DNA of 49,284 nucleotides from a virus: IMG/VR virus record IMGVR_UViG_3300031555_003080, positions 1 to 49,284 of that record; one strand, 5' to 3'. Shown piece by piece: positions 45,258 to 49,284 of this stretch (position 1 is its first letter; each line of letters starts with the position of its first letter). The notes under the pieces were generated by a model. It saw only the letters and a program-made list of their open reading frames with translations, ran no database searches and was not told where the DNA came from. The position numbers and the translations under genes were made by a program.

Positions 45258-46360
45258 AGTACGATTCGCTCCTTAAATAATTGTAAGAACTTTTCTGGGC
45301 CTTCATCAATAGGACTTGACTTATACCCAGTAATCATATTTTTATCAAATATGAAGGTAATTTTTACGAAGTTTTTATATTTGTTATGGAGTTTTAATAA
45401 ATTTGTTTTTAAATGTTGAAATTCTTTATCTCCAATTTCTTGAAACTGTCTATCGAAGGCGACAATTATCTCTTCAGCGCCACTTTCAACCAAGAGCTGG
45501 ATTTGGTAAGCAGATAAACTGGAGCCGCAACAAGCAACACTAATATCGTTATCAATACCAAAATAAGACTTGTAAAGCAAGCAAGACTTTTCTCCTTCAA
45601 AGACAATAGCTTTCTTGATAATTTTGATCGCATTTTTACTATTATTTAGATTGTACAAATTCATTCCAAGAGGATGATTATACATCAATTTATTTACTCG
45701 CAAAGGACGATACTTGCCGTAAAGCTCACCTTCATGAGCGCTCAATGTTCTGCCGCGTAGGCCAACGAAACGACCATCGGCATCAAAATGAGGAATTGTA
45801 ATTTGGTCTCCTCCTGGATAGAAACCAATTCTTGCTTGTTCAATAGCTTCTTGAGAAATTCCTTCTCTAAGCCATGGACCGATTTTTAAGTCATAATTAA
45901 ATCTTGTTAGAATAATATCATCATATTCTTTCAAAGTTACAACTTTCTTTTCACCAAGTTCGACGTTTTGAATTCTATCATAGTTTGATAAAATTGCCCA
46001 GTCCTGCATTTCATTCTCTTCTGGAGAATCTTCAAGACGGCCTCCATAACCGTGCTTGGCAGCGATGTATCTAACTGCGTCATTTAAATCCATCTTTCGG
46101 TTATGTTGGATTTCAAAAACTTTAATTGTCAATTCAAAAATATCGAATGAAGCATCACAGCCAGTATAACATCTAAATAAGCCACTGTTCTCATAATAGT
46201 ATAATTTCTTACTACCCTCTCCGGGAGCATTGTGGCAAATAGTAGCGGAGAGGATTCCAAACTCGGCATATTCGGGATCCCCTCCCCACTCTTGCAATAA
46301 ATCAAAAATGTTATCGAGGCTTAAATTGCTTCGGATTTCTGATTTATCAAATACTAACAT
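45254..46360 (-). CDS. DNA primase (zinc-binding region plus TOPRIM domain, DnaG-like)
   Basis: Cys/His cluster (ICH..., CYTGCDASFD) followed by TOPRIM motifs IVFEGEKSCLL and IIVAFDRQ. Confidence 0.7.
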   Translation of the reverse strand: MLVFDKSEIRSNLSLDNIFDLLQEWGGDPEYAEFGILSATICHNAPGEGSKKLYYYENSGLFRCYTGCDASFDIFELTIKVFEIQHNRKMDLNDAVRYIAAKHGYGGRLEDSPEENEMQDWAILSNYDRIQNVELGEKKVVTLKEYDDIILTRFNYDLKIGPWLREGISQEAIEQARIGFYPGGDQITIPHFDADGRFVGLRGRTLSAHEGELYGKYRPLRVNKLMYNHPLGMNLYNLNNSKNAIKIIKKAIVFEGEKSCLLYKSYFGIDNDISVACCGSSLSAYQIQLLVESGAEEIIVAFDRQFQEIGDKEFQHLKTNLLKLHNKYKNFVKITFIFDKNMITGYKSSPIDEGPEKFLQLFKERIVL

Positions 46361-46563
46361 TAGTTGCGAATAACCTTGACGCAGTAACCCTTCAAGCCAA
46401 AGCTCTCATTAACAACCTTGCAGAGATAGTCGTTAGGACGCATCTTTGCTTCGTCACCCTTACGAGACTTCAGCAACTCACGAGCCATTTTTTCAGGCAT
46501 CTTATACTCAATAGTGCCAGACTTACCGTACTTAATAGCTTCATCATTTCTTACATTTGCCAT
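46360..46563 (-). CDS. hypothetical protein (about 67 aa)
   Basis: ATG (MANVRNDEA) with RBS AAAGGAGA. The longer track ORF has no RBS. Confidence 0.45.
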   Translation of the reverse strand: MANVRNDEAIKYGKSGTIEYKMPEKMARELLKSRKGDEAKMRPNDYLCKVVNESFGLKGYCVKVIRN

Positions 46564-46625
46564 AGTTATCTCTCCTTTATAATCACAATAATCATCAACT
46601 GGATTGATTAAAATTCTGTTGCCTC

Positions 46626-48155
46626 TCAAAATGCACTTTCCTCTTCTAATACAATCTTCATATCATCTATGGGAATAATCTCATAGTCATAGGTTGTTGC
46701 AAACATTGGTTTGATTCTACAACAACCAAGATCCGCCTTACACCATAGATAAATTCCTTTATATCTACCACGACGGTTTTTATAAATAGACATCTTAATT
46801 GAGGGTCTATCAAAAACATTTGTGGATAGAATCTTATCAAGTTTTACCAAATCATCATCTTTTACATTAAGTAAAATTGCGCCATAGTCAATTTTATCTG
46901 CAATTGCTTTAGCGCCACGAAGAAGGTTTTGGTCAGGAGTTTCGGAAGTTTGATAATCTCCATTCAGCTGAGTAGCAGACATAATGAAAACACCATACTG
47001 ATTACAGATATCTTTCAGTCTTGTAGATAGCATAAACAGGACATTATCTTCACGAAGTTTAATACCACCAGAACGACGAGTGATTTCTTCCAAAATCTTT
47101 AAACTTGTATGAATATAATCGTGGAACACATATTTTACTTCATGGTCACGAATATTCTTTTTAATTTTATCTTCAACATCTTTCAATGAGAAGTCTGGCA
47201 ATTCTTCAATATATAAAGGACTTTCTTTTAGAATTCGTGCCGCTTCGCGCACACGATCTTCTTCATCCCCGACATACTGACCATTAAGAATATGTTCCTC
47301 ATTTACTTCAGACAAGAATGCCAGCATCATAGTCTGAATTTCTTCTTTCTCCTGCTCAGTTGCGATATACAAAGTAGGCTCACTTGCTCCATTATGAATC
47401 CAACCAAAACGCTCGTCATAAATCTTATTACAAGCGATATAACAAGCATCGGCAATCATACTTCTTGATTTACCAACGCCAGTAGCGGCAGAACGAAGAT
47501 AGAACTTTTTAAGTCTTGCGCCACGAGTTACTGTGTTAATAAGTGGGCCATATAGAGGTGTTCCGACTTCTGGATGCTCCTTTAACCTATCAATTAAGGC
47601 GTCGATGCCATCGCCAGCTTGAACTGCTTCTCCAAAAGCATCATCAACATATTTTAATCGAATTTCTTCGATTTTTCTGTCTACTTTATCAGCAATCTGT
47701 TCAAGAGTAGAATTGTCTAAAATATCTTCTTGAAGTTGCTTTTTCTTTGTGTCAAGAATATTGTCTGCATCATAAATATCTGATACATCAACACCATAAT
47801 TATCATATGCTCTTAACAAAGAAAACTTTTTAAGTCTACTATAATAGTAGTCAAATGCGGCAGGCATACAAGAATCTGCCACTTTCAAAAGCCACTCTTC
47901 GCCTTTATTTTGTTTAAAGGTTGCGGCGCTTTTTGGCCTACTGGATAGAAAGTCTGAGATATTTTCAAGAGTAATTCTATCCGCACCAAGCTCATGGATT
48001 TTATATATTGCTCCAAAAGCAATACGATGAAATTCGTCTGGGAAATCATTTTCTGTGATTGTGTACTTATCAGTAAAATCCAAAATCTGTGGATTATTGA
48101 AAACATTTCCCACTACCTGCATAATGGCAGTTACATCAACATATTTACTTGCCAT
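46626..48155 (-). CDS. DnaB-like replicative DNA helicase
   Basis: N-terminal DnaB_N-like region (..EFHRIAFGAIYKIHELG..), Walker A AATGVGKSRSM and RecA-like C-terminal motifs. The start is TGATG-coupled to the upstream gene. Confidence 0.85.
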   Translation of the reverse strand: MASKYVDVTAIMQVVGNVFNNPQILDFTDKYTITENDFPDEFHRIAFGAIYKIHELGADRITLENISDFLSSRPKSAATFKQNKGEEWLLKVADSCMPAAFDYYYSRLKKFSLLRAYDNYGVDVSDIYDADNILDTKKKQLQEDILDNSTLEQIADKVDRKIEEIRLKYVDDAFGEAVQAGDGIDALIDRLKEHPEVGTPLYGPLINTVTRGARLKKFYLRSAATGVGKSRSMIADACYIACNKIYDERFGWIHNGASEPTLYIATEQEKEEIQTMMLAFLSEVNEEHILNGQYVGDEEDRVREAARILKESPLYIEELPDFSLKDVEDKIKKNIRDHEVKYVFHDYIHTSLKILEEITRRSGGIKLREDNVLFMLSTRLKDICNQYGVFIMSATQLNGDYQTSETPDQNLLRGAKAIADKIDYGAILLNVKDDDLVKLDKILSTNVFDRPSIKMSIYKNRRGRYKGIYLWCKADLGCCRIKPMFATTYDYEIIPIDDMKIVLEEESAF

Positions 48156-48865
48156 CAGTCACTCTCCTGTTCTTCGTCTAAGAAACTGAATAAAACTCGT
48201 TTTCTTTCTTGTCGCTTCGGGACAGGAATCCTTACTTCAACGACTTTAGGAATGTATTCTTCGAGGCTGCTGGCATCATGAATATGCTCTTGTTTTTGTT
48301 GAGCTTCCCAAATTGCATAATAGTAATTGAAAGCGTTCTGGTAGACGTAGGGGACGATTCCAATGCCGCCTTGTGCTTTTCCTTCATCAAACTTGTTTCC
48401 TTTGACTTCATAATAATAAATCAGTGCTTTGTGAATTCCAGAATATGTATAGCCATGATTTGTTACATAATCTTTGATTTGTTTCTTAATCTTTGCATAA
48501 ACATAATCTGAACCAAACAATTCCATTATATATTTCTCTAATTTTTCTTGGTCTGTAAGTTCTCTTGTTTGCTCTAAATCAAAACATTCTTGATGTGCAT
48601 ACTTTCCATTAGAAAAGACTTTAAATGGTTCTTTGCTTTTATCAAATGTCTTTTTGCAATAAATGCAAGTTACTGTATCTGACGGGTCTGTAATAGTCAG
48701 TTCTGGAAGCTCCGGCTCTGTTTGCTTTTTTCGCAGATAGCATGCCGCGTGAGCATAACGACGGGAGCTAGGCTGAACGAATGCTTCTTTATCGCGGTCG
48801 AAATTACTTCCACAATAGAAACATTTTACATTGTGTGCCACCTGGAGGCCTCCTTTCTTTTTCAT
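48155..48865 (-). CDS. double zinc-finger protein coupled to dnaB (possible helicase loader or replication initiator accessory)
   Basis: Two CxxC...HxxC units (CFYCGSNFD..YAHAACY; CIYCKKTFD..YAHQECF). The alternative start GTG at 48841 has a perfect AAAGGAGG RBS. The ATG at 48865 lies near the predicted transcript start. Confidence 0.55.
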   Translation of the reverse strand: MKKKGGLQVAHNVKCFYCGSNFDRDKEAFVQPSSRRYAHAACYLRKKQTEPELPELTITDPSDTVTCIYCKKTFDKSKEPFKVFSNGKYAHQECFDLEQTRELTDQEKLEKYIMELFGSDYVYAKIKKQIKDYVTNHGYTYSGIHKALIYYYEVKGNKFDEGKAQGGIGIVPYVYQNAFNYYYAIWEAQQKQEHIHDASSLEEYIPKVVEVRIPVPKRQERKRVLFSFLDEEQESD

Positions 48866-48876
48866 CTTATATATAT

Positions 48877-48905
48877 ATTATAACATAAAAAATGATAAAA
48901 ATCAA
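48877..48905 (-). promoter_or_regulatory. sigma70 promoter (TTGATT, 17-nt spacer, TATAAT; same conserved core as at 42028)
   Basis: The reverse complement reads TTGATTtttatcattttttatgtTATAATatatataag. Confidence 0.65.
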
Positions 48906-48931
48906 GAAAGGGCTGCTTTATGGGCAGCCCT
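48895..48931 (-). terminator. rho-independent terminator (minus strand)
   Basis: AGGGCTGC tttatgg GCAGCCCT followed on the minus strand by TTCTTGATTTTTATC. Confidence 0.65.
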
Positions 48932-48947
48932 CTCGGAAAAACAGGAA

Positions 48948-49253
48948 TTATAGATGCTTCAAATCGTAGAGAATCAGATCAACGAGTGCAGCCTGATCGG
49001 GAGTGCAGTCGCTTACCTTACGACCCTTACCAAGGTGCTTATCAACGATTGCCACAATCTTATGTTCCATTTCAGGTCTGGTGCTCATAATAGAACCAAC
49101 AGTTTCCTGAACTTCCTTCATAAGAGCAGGGAAGTCATACTGAACTTCTTCCTTGTGCATATTGTAAGACTCGGTAGTGGTAGAGCCAGAAACCGCAGCC
49201 TCCTGTGCATCAATTGCATCTCCAATTGCTTTGACAAGATTTTCATAAGTCAA
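48948..49253 (-). CDS. hypothetical protein (101 aa)
   Basis: ORF at the window edge. No motif recognised. Confidence 0.5.
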   Translation of the reverse strand: MTYENLVKAIGDAIDAQEAAVSGSTTTESYNMHKEEVQYDFPALMKEVQETVGSIMSTRPEMEHKIVAIVDKHLGKGRKVSDCTPDQAALVDLILYDLKHL

Positions 49254-49284
49254 TTCAATGGAATCTGGAGTGTATTTGAAACGA

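Overview
The window is about 49.3 kb of a low-GC (visually about one-third G+C) tailed dsDNA phage or prophage genome. No rRNA, tRNA, CRISPR, integrase or transposase is recognisable.

The left arm (1 to about 19.1 kb, + strand) is a late virion module dominated by tail-fibre / receptor-binding-like proteins. It includes a 2562-aa giant protein and several proteins sharing an N-terminal anchor motif.

The right arm (29.2 to 49.3 kb, - strand) is a tightly packed replication and nucleotide-metabolism module. In gene order it encodes a RuvC-like resolvase, dUTPase, NrdG/NrdD, a guanylate-kinase-like kinase, a DnaE-type polymerase, an SF1 helicase, a DUF262 protein, a RecJ-like exonuclease, a TOPRIM primase and a DnaB-like helicase. 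Gene pairs are often ATGA/TGATG-coupled.

Between the arms (about 16.6 to 29.2 kb) lies an accessory region. It carries two ParB/Srx-like paralogs, a NeuB-family synthase interrupted by an in-frame TAG, a LytTR response regulator, several small unknown proteins, and a RiPP-like cluster. In that cluster a 107-aa ORF is followed in the same frame, across a TAG, by about 209 codons of Cys/Tyr/Ser/Thr decapeptide and nonapeptide repeats. These repeats are conserved at the protein level, have no start codon of their own, and sit directly upstream of two radical-SAM/SPASM enzymes.

Seven near-consensus sigma70-type promoters (a TTGAca-type -35 hexamer, 17-nt spacer, TG-extended TATAAT) and several rho-independent terminators, several apparently bidirectional, mark module boundaries.
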